Shown: positions 11,743 through 24,533, counted from the first letter of the whole stretch. The stretch: DNA of 60,095 bases, filler included, from Basidiobolus meristosporus CBS 931.73 (GCA_002104905.1; 3 parts of 3 records of this genome joined end to end with filler, not necessarily neighbours in it); one strand, 5' to 3'. Program-made: numbers and translations. Notes: generated from the letters alone by a model not told the origin.

Positions 11743-13459
11743 TAATCAACAATAAAAATGATGAAATACTTTATCCCACTTAAGGATAAATTTTGCATAG
11801 GTCTACACAGATCTGAGTGAATTAGATCTAATTTTTTCTTAGTTTTGATTAACCCAGAGCTCTTGAACAGTTGTCTGGCTTGTTTCCCATATATGCCGGC
11901 TTTACAGTGCTCCAAATTAGCTGGGGGAGCAATTTTTACTCCAGAAATTAGCTGATCTTTGATCATTTTGAATCCAGAATTGTCAAAGCTGAGACTGAGT
12001 CCTTTTGCTGTGGCCTTGCTTACAGAGAGTAGGTTCTTGGCTATTTCTGGTACATAGAGTACTTCTTTAAAGGTCAGTGTATGGCTTCCTTCACTGCTTC
12101 TAAGGTTTACTTGGATAGTTCCTTCTCCCACTGCATCAAGTGTTCTATTGTCACCCATGAAAACCTTCTTGATTGGAATTTCTTGATATTGGGTAAAAAG
12201 TTCTTTTTGGTGTGTAAAGTGTTGAGAAGCTCCAGAGTCAATATACCACGTCTGAGAATCCTTGTTTGTGGTCATATTTAGTGCAGATATGAATAGTCTA
12301 TCTTCAGTTGTTGCAGCATTTCCATATTTAGGCTTCTTTTACTGATTGTCTTTCTTTTTGAGACACCGGTCTGATGTGTGTCCTTTCCTTTTGCAGTAGT
12401 TACAAAACAGGTTGCTGTTGCCTTTGTAGGGTCTTGGGTACCTCCTTTGTTGGTTATCATTGCTTATTAAAGCATTTTCTTTTTCCTTCTTATGGGCGCT
12501 TGATTTTCTTAATTCTTCATCCAGGAGCCTTCCATATACGTAATTTAAGGTCAAATCTTCAGTTCTGGACTCTAGGGCTGATACAAGGCCCTGAAACTTG
12601 TCTGTCAGGCTATTCAGGATGGTAACTATCACATCCTCATCAGTAGTTGGTACACCCACAGATTCCATCTCATCTACCAGCAGGGTAATTCTGTTAATTA
12701 GATTTTTCATATCTTCTCCTGGCAGCATCTTTGTAGTAAAGAATTTTTGTCTCAGATACATCTTCTTGGCAGCTGAACATGACTGGTAGGTGTCCTCTAA
12801 TGCTTTCCAGGCATTCTTTGCTGTTTTTGCTCTTGAGCATTGAATTAGCAATTTGTCCTTGACATTAAGGCAAATGCAGTTAAAGGCACTTTGTTCTTTC
12901 TTCTGGTACTTTAAGGCTTCCTCTCCCATGTTTTTAGGAGGGCATTCTTCTCCCATGACAATATCCCAAAGGCCTCTTTCTTGTAGCAGCATCTTCATCT
13001 TCACCTTCCACACTTGGTAGTTAGATCCATCCAACTTTTCAGCAGAGGGAAAAGTTCCAGTAATAGCCATAGTAGACATTGCAGAGAGTGACAGCTTGTG
13101 GCTCATAGCCTGTTATAAGAGTCTTGGAAATATTGGAAGTGATTGGGTGAACAAGTAGATTATGTGGTTGTCACTTAATGGTTTATTGAATATAAAAGTG
13201 GTATTTATACTTTTACCTGGTCTTGGCATTACAAACACATAGAGCAGGTTGAGGAAGGTCCCAAAAACAGGTGTGCAAAGTTTGGGGCTGTTTGGACAAC
13301 TTTGAGAATTTTCATGATCTGGGTACCTGGTATTTTGATGAAAATATTCTAAGTAAATCCCAACAAGGAATTTGGTCAGTATTCTCTAGGATATGAAGGT
13401 AATGATCTAAGTGACTAAGTTAGGTGAATATTTAGGTGGAACTACAAACTTTTACAACA

Positions 13460-16116
13460 CATGCAAACATATCAATAATTGATATGGCAAGATCTATGAT
13501 CCATGATCAAAAATTATCCTATGATTTTTGGGTGGAATCAGTTGCCACAGCTGTATACCTTAAAAATAAGAGCTATAACAGAGTACTTTGTAATTCTACT
13601 CCATTTGAAGCATGGTATGGATACAGACCAAGTGCAGAACATATAGGAATATTTGGGTGTACTGCATATGCCAAGAAACTGCCTAGAAATCAGTCAAAAT
13701 TTGAGCCAATAATTGTAAAATGCATATTTTTTGGCTACTGCAATGCGAGTCAAGCATACAGACTCTACAATACCAAAGCAAAGAAGCTAATCAGGTCCAG
13801 GGATGTGTTGTTTGATGAAAATTCAAAATTCTCACAAAAAATGTCATCAGATGATGACAAAAATCTGATCTTAAGCCCACCAATTGTCAGGATTGAATCA
13901 GAGCAAAACAATGAAGATTTTTTCACTCCAGAGGACTCTTCAACCATGGTTCATCCTGAATCAGTGCCTAGAAATATCCCAGAAGTGAGCATTACAGTAT
14001 TGAATGCCTGGAGATCTAATTAGACAAGAAATAGCCTAAACTACTATATCAATGAGGGTACAAACCTAGCCTATGCCTATTCAGTCCATATTGATGAGCC
14101 CAGACTGTAAAGAGGCCCTAAATAGCCCTCAGACAAGGTTATGGAGATCTGCAATGACTCAGGAATATCAGGCCCTGATGGAAAATCTAACTAGGGACTT
14201 GGTCAAATTACCAATCAACCAAAAATCAATTGGATGCGGATGGGTCTTCAAGACAAAATGCAAGGCTGATGGTACAATTGAAAGATACAAAGCAAGACTT
14301 GTGGCCAAAGGATACTCTCAAACAAAAGGACTTGACTTTACTGAGACCTTTGCACTGGTAGCCAAGTTTAATTCCATCAGATTAATATTGGCTATTGCAG
14401 CCAAATATAAGTTTTTTATTCATCAAATGGATGTAAAAACTGCATTCTTGAATTGGGAACTTGATCAGGAGGTGTACATGAACCAGCCTGATGGGTTTGC
14501 TGGCAATAGCAGCCAAATAGAAGTTTTTTAAACATCAAATGTAAGTAAAGCTGCATTTTTGAATGGAGAACTTTATGAGGACATGTATATGGACCAGCCT
14601 GATGGGTTAGTTAACCAAAATAGCCCCCATTTGGTCTGCAAGCTTAAAAAGTCACTATATGGTCTCAAACAATCACCAAGAGCCTGGAATTGCAAGATAG
14701 ATTCTGATTTGGAATCTTTGAGTTTCAAAAGGGGTAATGCTGACTATTGCATATACTATAAGCCAGATAGAGCAAATCCAGTTCTATTAGCTCTATATGT
14801 GGATGATCCTATTATAGCTGCCAATAACCTAGAAACATTGGAAGAGACTAGATCCAGCCTATCTAAGGAGTTCAAGATGTCTAATCTAGGAGAACTTAGT
14901 TACTACTTAGGGATTAAGTTCTCCATGGACAGAAGTACCCAGACTATTACCCTAAGCCAATCCAAGTATATTCAAGATATACTAAAAAAGTACAAAATGG
15001 AAGACTGTAAACCGGCAGCTACCCCATTGGAGACAAACCTTAGCTTGGGCAAAACTCAACCAAATCAAGAGAGCTTGGAGTCATCTAAAAGACCTGACTT
15101 TCCTTATCAATCTATGGTTAGCAGTCTGATATATATCAGGCTTGGTACATGTCCAGATATCTCATATTCAGTGGGAGTTGTCAGCTAACATAATCAGAAC
15201 TTTGGATCTGATCATATTGCAGCAGTTAAGCAGATTTTTAGATACCTAAAAGGAACTGCTAATATCTGCTTAAGATACACTTATAAGGATTAGGAACAGG
15301 ATCTTGTGGGATACTCTGATGCTGATTGGGGACAAAATTTGGAAGTCAGAAGATCCCCCACAGGATACACCTTTCTTTACTGTGAAGGAGCAATTTCATG
15401 GAACTCAAAAAAGCAACCAACCATAGCACTTTCTACCACAGAGGCAGAGTATATGGCAGCCTGTGAAGCTACAAAAGAAGCAACGTGGCTAAGAAAGCTT
15501 TTCACAGATTTAGGCCTATGTCAAAAAATGCCTATTACTTTATTTCAAGATAATCAAGGATGTGTACAATTAGGTAGAAATCCAACTTTTCATGCTAGAA
15601 CTAAGAACATAGATACTAGATATCGTTTCATAATGAAGCTATAGAGAATAATGTAGTTAGCTCAGTTAACTGTCCTTCAGATGAAATGATTGCAGACATT
15701 TTTACCAAACCATTAGCTAGAGAAAAGTTTGAATATCCTAGGTCAAAGTTAGGACTAGTCAGTATAAACATTTAGCTGAGTGGGAGTGTTGCAGAAATTT
15801 GTATCTCCACCTATATACTCACCTAACTTAGTTGCTTAGATCATTACCTTCAAGTCCTAGAGAATACTAACCAAATTCCTTGTTGGGATTTACTTAGAAT
15901 ATTTACCCAGAACATGAAAATTAGATAAGTTGTCCAAACAGCCCCAAACTTTGCATACATGCTCTTGGGACCTTTTGTAACCTATTCTACGTGTTTTTAA
16001 TGCCAAGACCTGGTAAAATATAAAAACTACTTTTACATTCAATAATTCATTAAGTGAAACCACATAATCTACTTGTTCTCCCAATCACTTCAAATATCTC
16101 CAAGACTCTTACAACA
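13460..16116 (+). mobile_element. Element D, 3' part (integrase core, RT, RNase H, 3' LTR 15787-16116)
   Basis: ORF fragments 13436-15644 match the copia polyprotein with stops; PPT then TGTTGCAG...CTTACAACA; right flank is gag sequence of another copy. Confidence 0.92.
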
Positions 16117-17431
16117 ATCAAGGCAAATGCAGTTGAAGGCACTTTGTTCTTTTTCTGGCACTTTAAGGCTTCCTCTCCCACATTTTTAGGAGGGCATTCT
16201 TCTCTCATGACAAATACCCCAAAGGCCACTTTCTTGTAGCAGCATCTTCATCTTCACCTTCCACACTTGGTTGTTAGATCCATCAAACTTTTCAGCAGAG
16301 GGAAGCATTCCAGCAATAGCAGTAGCAGATAGTGCAGAGAGTGACATATTGAGGCTCATAGCCTGTTGTAAGAGTTTTGGAGATATTGGAAGTGACAAAG
16401 AGAACAAGTAGATTATGTGCTTTCATGTATGACCATATATGTTGTAAGAGTCTTGGAGATATTGGAAGTGATTTGGGAGAACAAGTAGATTATGTGGATC
16501 TCACTTAATGATTTATTGAATGTAAAAGTAGTATTTATACTTTTACATGATCTTGGCATATCAGACACATAAAAAAGGTTAAGGAGGGTCCCAAGAACAT
16601 ATGTGCAAAGTTTGGGGCTGTTTGGACAACTTTGAGATTTTCATGTGCTGGGTACCTGGTATTTTGGTGAAAATATTTTGAGTAAATCCAAGCTAGGAAT
16701 TTCCTCAGTCTACTCTAGGATTTGAAGGTAATGATCTAAGTGACTAAGTTTGGTGAATACTCAGGTGGAATTACAAGTTCTTACAACAGTATTGAATGAA
16801 AAAGTAGTATTATTACTATTACATGATATTGGCAAAACAGCTTGAATGATATGTTTAGGAAGGTCCCAAGAACATGTGGACAAAGTTTGGGGCTGCTTGA
16901 GCAACTTATTAATACCTAATAATATGGGTACCTGATGTTTTGGTGAAAATATTCCAAGTAAATTCTAACAAGGAATTTGTTCAGCATCCTCCAGGATTTG
17001 TAGGTAATGATTTAGGTAACTAAATTGGGTGGGCATTTAAGTGGAATTGCAAGCTTCTGCAATGCAGCTTGGGGCTCATAGCCTGTTGTAAGAGTCTTGG
17101 AAATATTGGTAGTGATTGGGAGAACAAGTAGATTATGTGGTTTTCACTTAAGGATTTGTTGAATGTAGAAGTAGTATTTACACTTTGACATGGTCTTGGC
17201 ATAACAAGCATATAGAACAGGTTTAGGAAGCTCCCAAGAGCATATGTGCTAAGCTTGGGGCTGTTTGGACAACATATCAAAATTCTATGTTCTGGGTATC
17301 TGATGCTTTGGCAATAAAAGTCCAAGTAAATCCCAACAAGGGATTTGGTCAGAATTCCCTAAGATTTTTAGGTTATGATCTAAGTGACCAAGTTAGGTGA
17401 ATACTTAGGTGCAATTTCAAAATTTGCAGCA
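16117..17431 (-). mobile_element. Older copia remnants: gag start and 5' LTR of 'E' (16364-17064, itself split by a 349-bp LTR at 16440-16788), then PBS and 5' LTR of 'H' (17084-17431)
   Basis: gag N-terminus 16186-16407; PBS-like GGCTATGAGCC next to 16364 and 17084; three LTR-homologous blocks; no clean TSD for the 16440 LTR. Confidence 0.82.
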
Positions 17432-18534
17432 AAGCAGACATATTTACCAGGAGGAGACTAGGCAAAATGGTATTCATCACAAATTTGGTCACTGGCTGCT
17501 TGCTACTTCAAATTCTCAGTTGCAATTTCTGGTGGAAGGAAAAACACCAGCTGGATACCAGCAAAATACCATTAGAATACCAGCTGAATATTTGGCTGAA
17601 AATCAGATGAATTCCAACTTCAAGATTTCTCATAGGGTACAGTTAAGAGGAATAACAGCTAAATACCACATGAAATTCAAGCTTGATATTGTTCAAGGGG
17701 TATTTGTGGTAGTTTTGACCTCCCCTAAGCCTGATACTTTGCTTAGGGATTGTAGGCTTTATCCAAGTGGGAGTTACCCCATGGGGTTCTGATGTTATCC
17801 ATTGAAAAGTTGCACCAACCTACAAGCAAGTAAAAGCTACCTTGTCATCTTTCAGTTTTCAGGCTAACTGGTGCATGAGCCCCAGGCAGGCAATACACAA
17901 CACCACCAGTTCTCCAAATCACTTTCAACACTCCCCAAAATCCTCCATGCGTACTATGGGATATGTTGTGTGGTAGAGATGATTTGTCACACAAGGGATC
18001 AGAGATTTTGCTCCACTGTTAGCCCCAAAACCAAATTAGACTCTCAAGCCAATGTGATGAGTAAATCATCTCTTGAGGGATTTGTCCAATGGAGAGGGTA
18101 TGTCAACCCGCCACATTGTTCCAAGTTAAACATGAAACCTGAATCGACAGAGTTGGGTGGTGAACCAATCGATTGTCACAAGTTTATTGGAGGGTAACCT
18201 GCATACAGCCTTGCCACCCAGCCTTGCTACCCCCACGATCAAGCCCATCCAACTGCCTCAGCAAACCGCGTCCATCAACACCCGGCCGACCATGACAAGC
18301 AGCTCAGGTGAAATCATGAATCACATCGTTCGGGATGAAGTGAATCGGTTGACTGGACGGTTCACACGCACAATCGATACGAATGGGTAGTTAATCTATG
18401 CGAGGTGGCTGATTTGGGGTGCATAGTCGGATTAAGCTATGACGCTCTCGTGACCTAATAATCGGCCCATGAGGTGGGCGGAGTCCGCAACGTATCTTGG
18501 TGAGCGGGAACCCTTATGAACCAGAACGGGGAAC

Positions 18535-21500
18535 ATGAACAACGAGAGCATCGCGAACCTACTGAACCGCGGGACCTTGCAGGAGGTCTCGGCACACCTG
18601 TCGAACGACACCTGGGAGCCCTGGAAGCTGAGTGTCACCGAGGTGGCTGACAAGCTGGCCGTCGACCCAAGCGTCGGTCTTGATCAGCGAGAAGCGCAAC
18701 TCCGGTTGAAGCTGTTCGGCGAGAACCAACCACCCGACCGGAAACGACGTTTGAAATGGCACCAATTCGTGCTGCACGTGGTGACGGATCCGGTGATCTT
18801 CCTACTGATAGCGGTCTGTGTATTATATCTGCTTTGGTACAATGGGATGGGGGCATTACCAGTGGTGCTGGTGGTTGTCCTCACGTTGGGAACGGAGGTA
18901 GGGGTCACTTTAGGGTTCAACCGTACCCCAGGTTGGGGGGATCGTGTCCGTCCGTTCTAAACCACGTAACAGCTTAGTATCCAATGGAAAGGGAACCTCA
19001 CCGTCGACACCTTCACGGCCGAGATTCCGGAGAATGTCCTGGTCGTCCGCGAAGGCCACGAGCGAATCGTTGTCTCCCGGAAACTCGTCCCCGGGGATAT
19101 TGTGATTGTGTCGTACGGGCAAAGAGTACCTGCCGATGGGATACTCATCAACTCGCAACACCTGAGACTAGACGAGAGTATATTCACCGGGGGGTATCAC
19201 GAGGTACAGAAGTACACTTCTAACGAGCCATATGAAGCCAATGGTAAGCAAACGAAAACCCCCGTTGTTATGTGACTGCTAGCGACCGCCCATTAATTTT
19301 GCCTCTGGAAAGGGAACCTCGTCTCCTCCGGCTATCTGTACTTCGGAAGCAGCGTCGTCCAAGGAAAAGGTCAGTCCAGTTGGTATGGAAATCCCCCGGG
19401 GCGTCATGTGATAACGTCGATAACAACTAGGGGTCCTGATAGTGACCGCCACTGGAAAACATACTCGCTTGGCCAATGTCAAGAGCTCCACGATCTACGA
19501 AGACAAAAAGACCCCGCTGCAAGCGCTGACAAGAAATGTCACCCTTTGTTTGGCTCTCTTGGCATTGCTCGTATCCAGCGTCTTGCCGGTGGTCGGTTTG
19601 CTGAACGGGATCGACTGGCACGATGCACTGCTGACCGGAATGGGAATGGCCTTCGTGTTGATCCCCAGCAAGCTCCCTTCATTGGTCAACGCCATCCTGA
19701 TCGTGTCGGCGCACCGGCTGTCGCAAAGACGGCTTCTTTTACGTAGATTGGATGCCACGGAGGCCTTGGGCTCCGTCTCGGCCATTGTGACGGACAAAAC
19801 GGGAACTCTGACTTGCAATGAGCTGAAAGTGGCCTCGGCGATAGTCCTCACCCGACCGGACCGCCAATCCCCTGAGAGCTTTCAGATCAACTGTCGAAGA
19901 ATCCCCGTCACCTCCAGCAAGGACATTGCCCAGTACCTACTGCCCCTTACCATCACATGGACCCTCTCGATGGACCAATTCGCGAGCGACATGTTGTTCC
20001 AAATGGTCCAAGAAGGCCATGGAGCTGGACCTGCGCATTCCTCACCATTACCGTTGGCAAGGGGGATCGACAAGGATGTGTTTGACTCGGCGATCTTCGA
20101 TTTCTTTAGCTCGGCCGAGATCCCGGTGGAGGTGCAGCGCTATCTGATCCAATCCGCGCTACTCGTCTTCTCCAAATTCCCGGTGCCCATTTCTGAGGAG
20201 CCGTTTGACGTGGTCAACCGGGTATCCTTCAGGACTCGCGGGTCCACGCGCAACCGGACGAGCGGGAGCAGGATCACCGTGGTCAGGGGTGCTCCGGAAT
20301 CCATCCTGGACCTTTGCAATCGCATCTGGGTGAGTGGGTATGAGCGGGAATGCTCGGAATTTGACGAGAACCATCCCCCTCAGATTGACCCCGACATGCT
20401 GAACGATGTGGAGGTCCTGACGGGGTATATCACTTCAAAGCTGACGGAGTCTATCAACGACGTCGCTCGAAAAGGCAGCCGGATTTTCGGCTACGCTTAC
20501 TCGACCTCGGCTCACACCGAAGGCGAGGAGCTTCCTCGAGACTTCATCTTCGTCGGAGCCTATGTTTTCACGGACCCCATCCGGAAGGAAGTCCCTCACG
20601 CAGTTTCAGAATGCCAGGAGGCCGGGATCAAAGTTGTCATGGCCACGGGTGATTACCCGGGGACTGCGTTGGCGATTGCATCCAAGGTTGGCATCAACCA
20701 GGTCGCTTCTACTGAGCAAGCACCGGTTCTCCTTGGAAGACACCTCGACGAGATGTCTAGCGGGGCGTTGCTTGGGGAAGCGATTGAAAGAACCGATGTC
20801 TTCGCCAGGGTCACTCCGGCCCATAAGCTTCGGATCGTCCAGGCTTTGCAATCGCAAGGCCACGTGGTCGCCTTCATCGGGGACGGGATCAAGGACGCCA
20901 CAGCGTTGTATGCGGCCGACGTGGGTATTACAATTGGAGGGGCGGCCGCCACGGCAGATATGGCTTCGGACCATGCCTCGTTGGTCGTTCTTGGAAACCA
21001 CTTCGACGCAGTGGTTTACTGCCTCCGAGAAGGACGGCATATGTTCGACAACATGAACAAAGTGGTCACCTTCTATCTGGCGTGCAAGCTAGGCCTCGCA
21101 TCCTTGTTCACGCTCGCCATCATATTGCGCGCCAGCTTCCCGTTGAACCTGGTGCAAATCATACTGCTCGAAATGTTCGTCAACCTGGGGTCTGCCATCA
21201 CGTTCGTGGTGGAGAGGGCGGAAATCGACATCATGAGGATCCCGCCGACTCTGGTGAACCAGCGTGGGGTCCGGAAAGGCCACCTGGGCTCTGCCATTGG
21301 TCGCCAAATCGTCTTCTATGCCGCTCTACTGCTTTTGTCGACTGGCAGCTCCTACTTCTATGGGGCCATGTACAGCGCCCAAGAGGAGTCCGCAGCAACC
21401 ATGCTCTTTGTGTCCTACCTTATCAATCACATCACCTTAGGCCTGGCCATCCGGTCCCGCAGGACACCCATCAGAAAGCAAGGTCTCTTTAGCAATGGAA

Positions 21501-21745
21501 ACTTTCTGATGTGGTTCGCGCTGGTGGTGAGTTGTATACTGGCCTACATATTTCTTCCCACCCTCCGAGCCACCCTTGATCTCACCACTCTGAACCAATG
21601 CGAATGGTTGGTGATCCTGACAGGCGCCCTATGCTTACTGATCGTATCGGAAGTATGTAAAGAGTTGTGTTGGCACTACGCGAAGCGTGAGAAGGAACGG
21701 CGCGATGACCATCGAAGCTCCGAACGAGCACCGCTCCTGATTTAA
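18535..21745 (+). CDS. P-type cation-transporting ATPase (P2-like, atypical motifs), 4 exons: 18535-18897, 18973-19243, 19313-19369, 19431-21745; about 1001 aa
   Basis: GL..EA..RL..FGEN N-domain, LVPGD/RVPADG, DKTGTLT, RGAPE, DPIR, MATGD, FARVTPAHK, GDGIKD, C-terminal TM helices; three GT-AG introns (75, 69, 61 nt) restore one frame. Confidence 0.92.
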
Positions 21746-21856
21746 TTCAATGGCACTTGTTCCTGGCAAAAGAATGTACAGATCCCACACTATCTACAAG
21801 TGTACCCAAATAGAACAAAACGTATCAATAAAATTCTGTGGGGATTAACATTGGAA

Positions 21857-22990
21857 CTACGCAGGACTAGATGCCCTACGGTATATATAAAATTTATGAA
21901 GGACCGGGTGGTTTCGGCCAGAGTCCTGGTTGTCCTGGTCGACGGCATCGGGCTGGTTCCTCCAGTCGACGATCTCCATATGGATTAGTTCGAACTTCGC
22001 CTCCCGCATCTCCTCCTCGAACAGCTCGATTTCGGTCAGGTAGCGGTTTCGCAACGGAAGCACGAAATAGATCCGGGAGCTAGTGGCCCGGCTGAGGAAC
22101 TGCTCCAGAACGATGGGGATTGCCCGCGCCTGCCAGGCATCATAGATAGCGTCAGTGGCGATGATGTTTTCGAATTGGTCTTGATACAACTCCTCGCCAC
22201 GGTCCGCACTGATGGGGATGTTTCGGTTGATGTTGTCTATATTCTTGGCGCTGTCTTTGAAGTACTCCCACCAGTCAAGCTTCTGCACCTGACATATCTC
22301 TTCGCATTCGTTGCGATTGACATTGATCCGGACGTTGTCGAGGACACTAGGATGGTAATCGGTAAGCATCACATGGGACGCACCCAGCTTGGCACACATC
22401 AATCCAGCCAATCCAGTGCCGCATCCCAACTCCAGTATTCTTTGTCCGGACAGATCCAACACGTAGCCAGCTTCCCCGACCACCACCTCACGCTCGTACC
22501 CCTTGGTGTGGCCGCATAACAACTTTCCCATCACAATGCTAGCAGACCAGGTTCGACAGCCCAGATCGGCCTCCGCAAAGGTAGGCTCCCGAATATCCAG
22601 CCGAACGCTCTCCATACCTTTACGTTGACACTCGAATATCCAGAGTTGAGAGACTGGTCCGGTAGCAGCTCTACCACAACGGTTTGCTATCATGGAAGTC
22701 AACCGCTCCATAAGCGGATCCTCGTCGAACATGTCCTTTGACCGACGCTTCAACACCCTGATCACCCAGTCGTTGCACATATTTCTGACCATGGTGGAGT
22801 TTGTGGAGGGGTCAGAGGTGGTGTCTTCGACCTTGGGGGGCTCTGGCCGGTCCCAGATCTTTATGTCGACGTTTTTCTCGCCGAAATGTTTGTCTATGGT
22901 GTCCAGTATCGAGGTCACCTCCGCCTCGTCCATAGGATCGCAGCGCTTCAGTCGTAGCAGCAACTCGAGATGCTCTTCGTTGGTCCCCAT
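21857..22990 (-). CDS. Class I SAM-dependent protein-lysine methyltransferase, family 16 (EFM2/METTL21-like), 377 aa
   Basis: IREPTFAEADLGCRTWSAS, ILELGCGTGLAGL, MLTDYH, KLDW, IIATDAIYD motifs. Confidence 0.88.
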   Translation of the reverse strand: MGTNEEHLELLLRLKRCDPMDEAEVTSILDTIDKHFGEKNVDIKIWDRPEPPKVEDTTSDPSTNSTMVRNMCNDWVIRVLKRRSKDMFDEDPLMERLTSMIANRCGRAATGPVSQLWIFECQRKGMESVRLDIREPTFAEADLGCRTWSASIVMGKLLCGHTKGYEREVVVGEAGYVLDLSGQRILELGCGTGLAGLMCAKLGASHVMLTDYHPSVLDNVRINVNRNECEEICQVQKLDWWEYFKDSAKNIDNINRNIPISADRGEELYQDQFENIIATDAIYDAWQARAIPIVLEQFLSRATSSRIYFVLPLRNRYLTEIELFEEEMREAKFELIHMEIVDWRNQPDAVDQDNQDSGRNHPVLHKFYIYRRASSPA

Positions 22991-23247
22991 GGTCGGAATA
23001 TCTGCAGTGTGGTGCTAAAAAGAAGGAGCCCAGAACTGCACGAACTCAAGCGACAAGCCTCGAATCTGAAAAAAAATCAACGGATATTTATTCAAGTTCG
23101 ATTTAAACTTCGCTAAACTACGGATAAGTCTGCCTCAAGAATCCAGATTGTTTGATGTACATCAACTGGCTAGCATCAGAACACCCCCGACACGCGAGGT
23201 GCGTGCCCAGTGGAGATACGACCTGCGCGCGGATTGCTTTCGGATGT

Positions 23248-23920
23248 TCATTGCAACTGAGGCTTTCGCACGCTATCGGTTACCCAATTCATGTATTCTT
23301 TGCTTCCATCGTCGATCTTGCAACATAACAACCTCGATTTTAGCCGTTGGAAGGTTCGAGTAAAGTTTCAACGACATACCTTGATCGAAATAACCTCCGG
23401 AACGTCATACGGGTGGTTCTCGTTCACGTGTTGAATGACGTTCTCCACTTTGTCGGCGGCGGTTTTCATCATCAACAGGACCTCGGTGGACTCCTCGATC
23501 TCCCCGTCCCACCCTAGCGATAGAAAAAAACGTTTACTAACCGGACCTATGGCCAGGAGAAACCAAGACTAGAAGGCACGAACAATACATGGAGGTCACC
23601 TTGGGGATGACGTTGATGCATGCCACCAACTTCTCGGTAAGCAACCCCCGGGAAAGCTTCTTGGCTATTTCCTCGTTTGGGCAGGTGACGAATATGGCCC
23701 GAATATCAGGCACGCATTTGGACATGTTGGTAAGGGTTCGATAGCAAAGGCGGGATAAAGGTCTTCCTCTCGGCCAAGCGGTTCGTCGGCAAGTGTGGTT
23801 AAAGACAGGAGTGTGGATTCCGGGCAGTGGCCGAAACGGGTTACAGACTGAGTTGTTCGACAACCTTTTAATCAAACCCAAGTTCAAGGCGAGTGGCTTC
23901 AGAATGGTCACTTGCCTCAT
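23248..23920 (-). CDS. cutA: CutA divalent-cation tolerance family protein, 3 exons (23584-23920 or 23584-23725, 23380-23513, 23248-23316)
   Basis: Spliced product ...FVTCPNEEIAKKLSRGLLTEKLVACINVIPKVTSMYWWDGEIEESTEVLLMMKT...HPYDVPEVISIKIDDGSKEYMNWV...; GT-AG introns of 70 and 63 nt. Confidence 0.93.
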
Positions 23921-24533
23921 GGAAATATCATCAATGATTCTGAGAATGGAGTACTGATCGTTCAGGCGTTCAAGTGGACTTGGCTAAAACCCGAAACCTG
24001 CATCATTCATGTTGGGGAGCTGATTAATCGTTAGTCGATCCGGCGGGTAGCAGGCGGGTAAGGTAAGGGATCAGGTAAAGGGAGGGAAAGGCGGTAGGAA
24101 CGCCGAATGCAGTAAAAAAGTATAAAATGTAAGTATACAGTGTAAGTAAACATTGTTCGTGACTGCAGCCGTGGTTCGGTCGGGAGAATGTATTCGAGAA
24201 TGAGCAAATTAAGGTGATATTTGTGTAATTGCCTATTATGGTGCAGCCAAACCGAGAAATTGAGAAATTTCGAAACATCACTTTTGGTTATCTGAGGAAG
24301 CTGTATGGCGATGTATGGTGATGGTGATGGAAATCAACAATGGGAATTTACGGATATATCACTCATTTGCATACCGCGTGGAATACTAGATTTGTACGTA
24401 TTCTTGAACCTGATTTGCACGTATTCTTGAACCTGATTTGTGCTCGCCATAGCCAGGCGATCAGAATCCGTATTTAAACAGGGCCAGCACCCCGTCAGAG
24501 GCCAGCACTCCAGCCAATTCAGTATCCTCCTTA

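Larger units (their letters stand above)
944..13459 (-). mobile_element. Degenerate full-length copia element 'C' (LTRs 944-1290 and 13111-13459) inserted into element D
   Basis: TGTT...AACA LTRs; TSD CATGC at 939-943 and 13460-13464; PPT at 1291-1301; decayed PBS next to 13111; gag (12339-13106), integrase, RT and RNase H fragments; LTR pair roughly 10% divergent by eye. Confidence 0.93.

Noticed and set aside
14500-14560. Local re-duplication of an RT segment in element D
   Set aside because: Ordinary rearrangement in a dead copy
16364-17431. Array-like run of ~350-bp repeats (CRISPR or satellite?)
   Set aside because: These are copia LTRs produced by nested insertion; no short repeat-spacer structure
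1-17431. Classical ascomycete RIP
   Set aside because: Visible changes are mainly at CpG rather than CpA, and near-identical young repeats persist; not formally counted
18157-18390. Upstream ORF as extra ATPase exon(s)
   Set aside because: The GT-AG combinations I tried ran into stops or the wrong frame; left unassigned
24396-24440. 23-bp tandem duplication between CutA and the kinase
   Set aside because: Two copies only; simple slippage is sufficient
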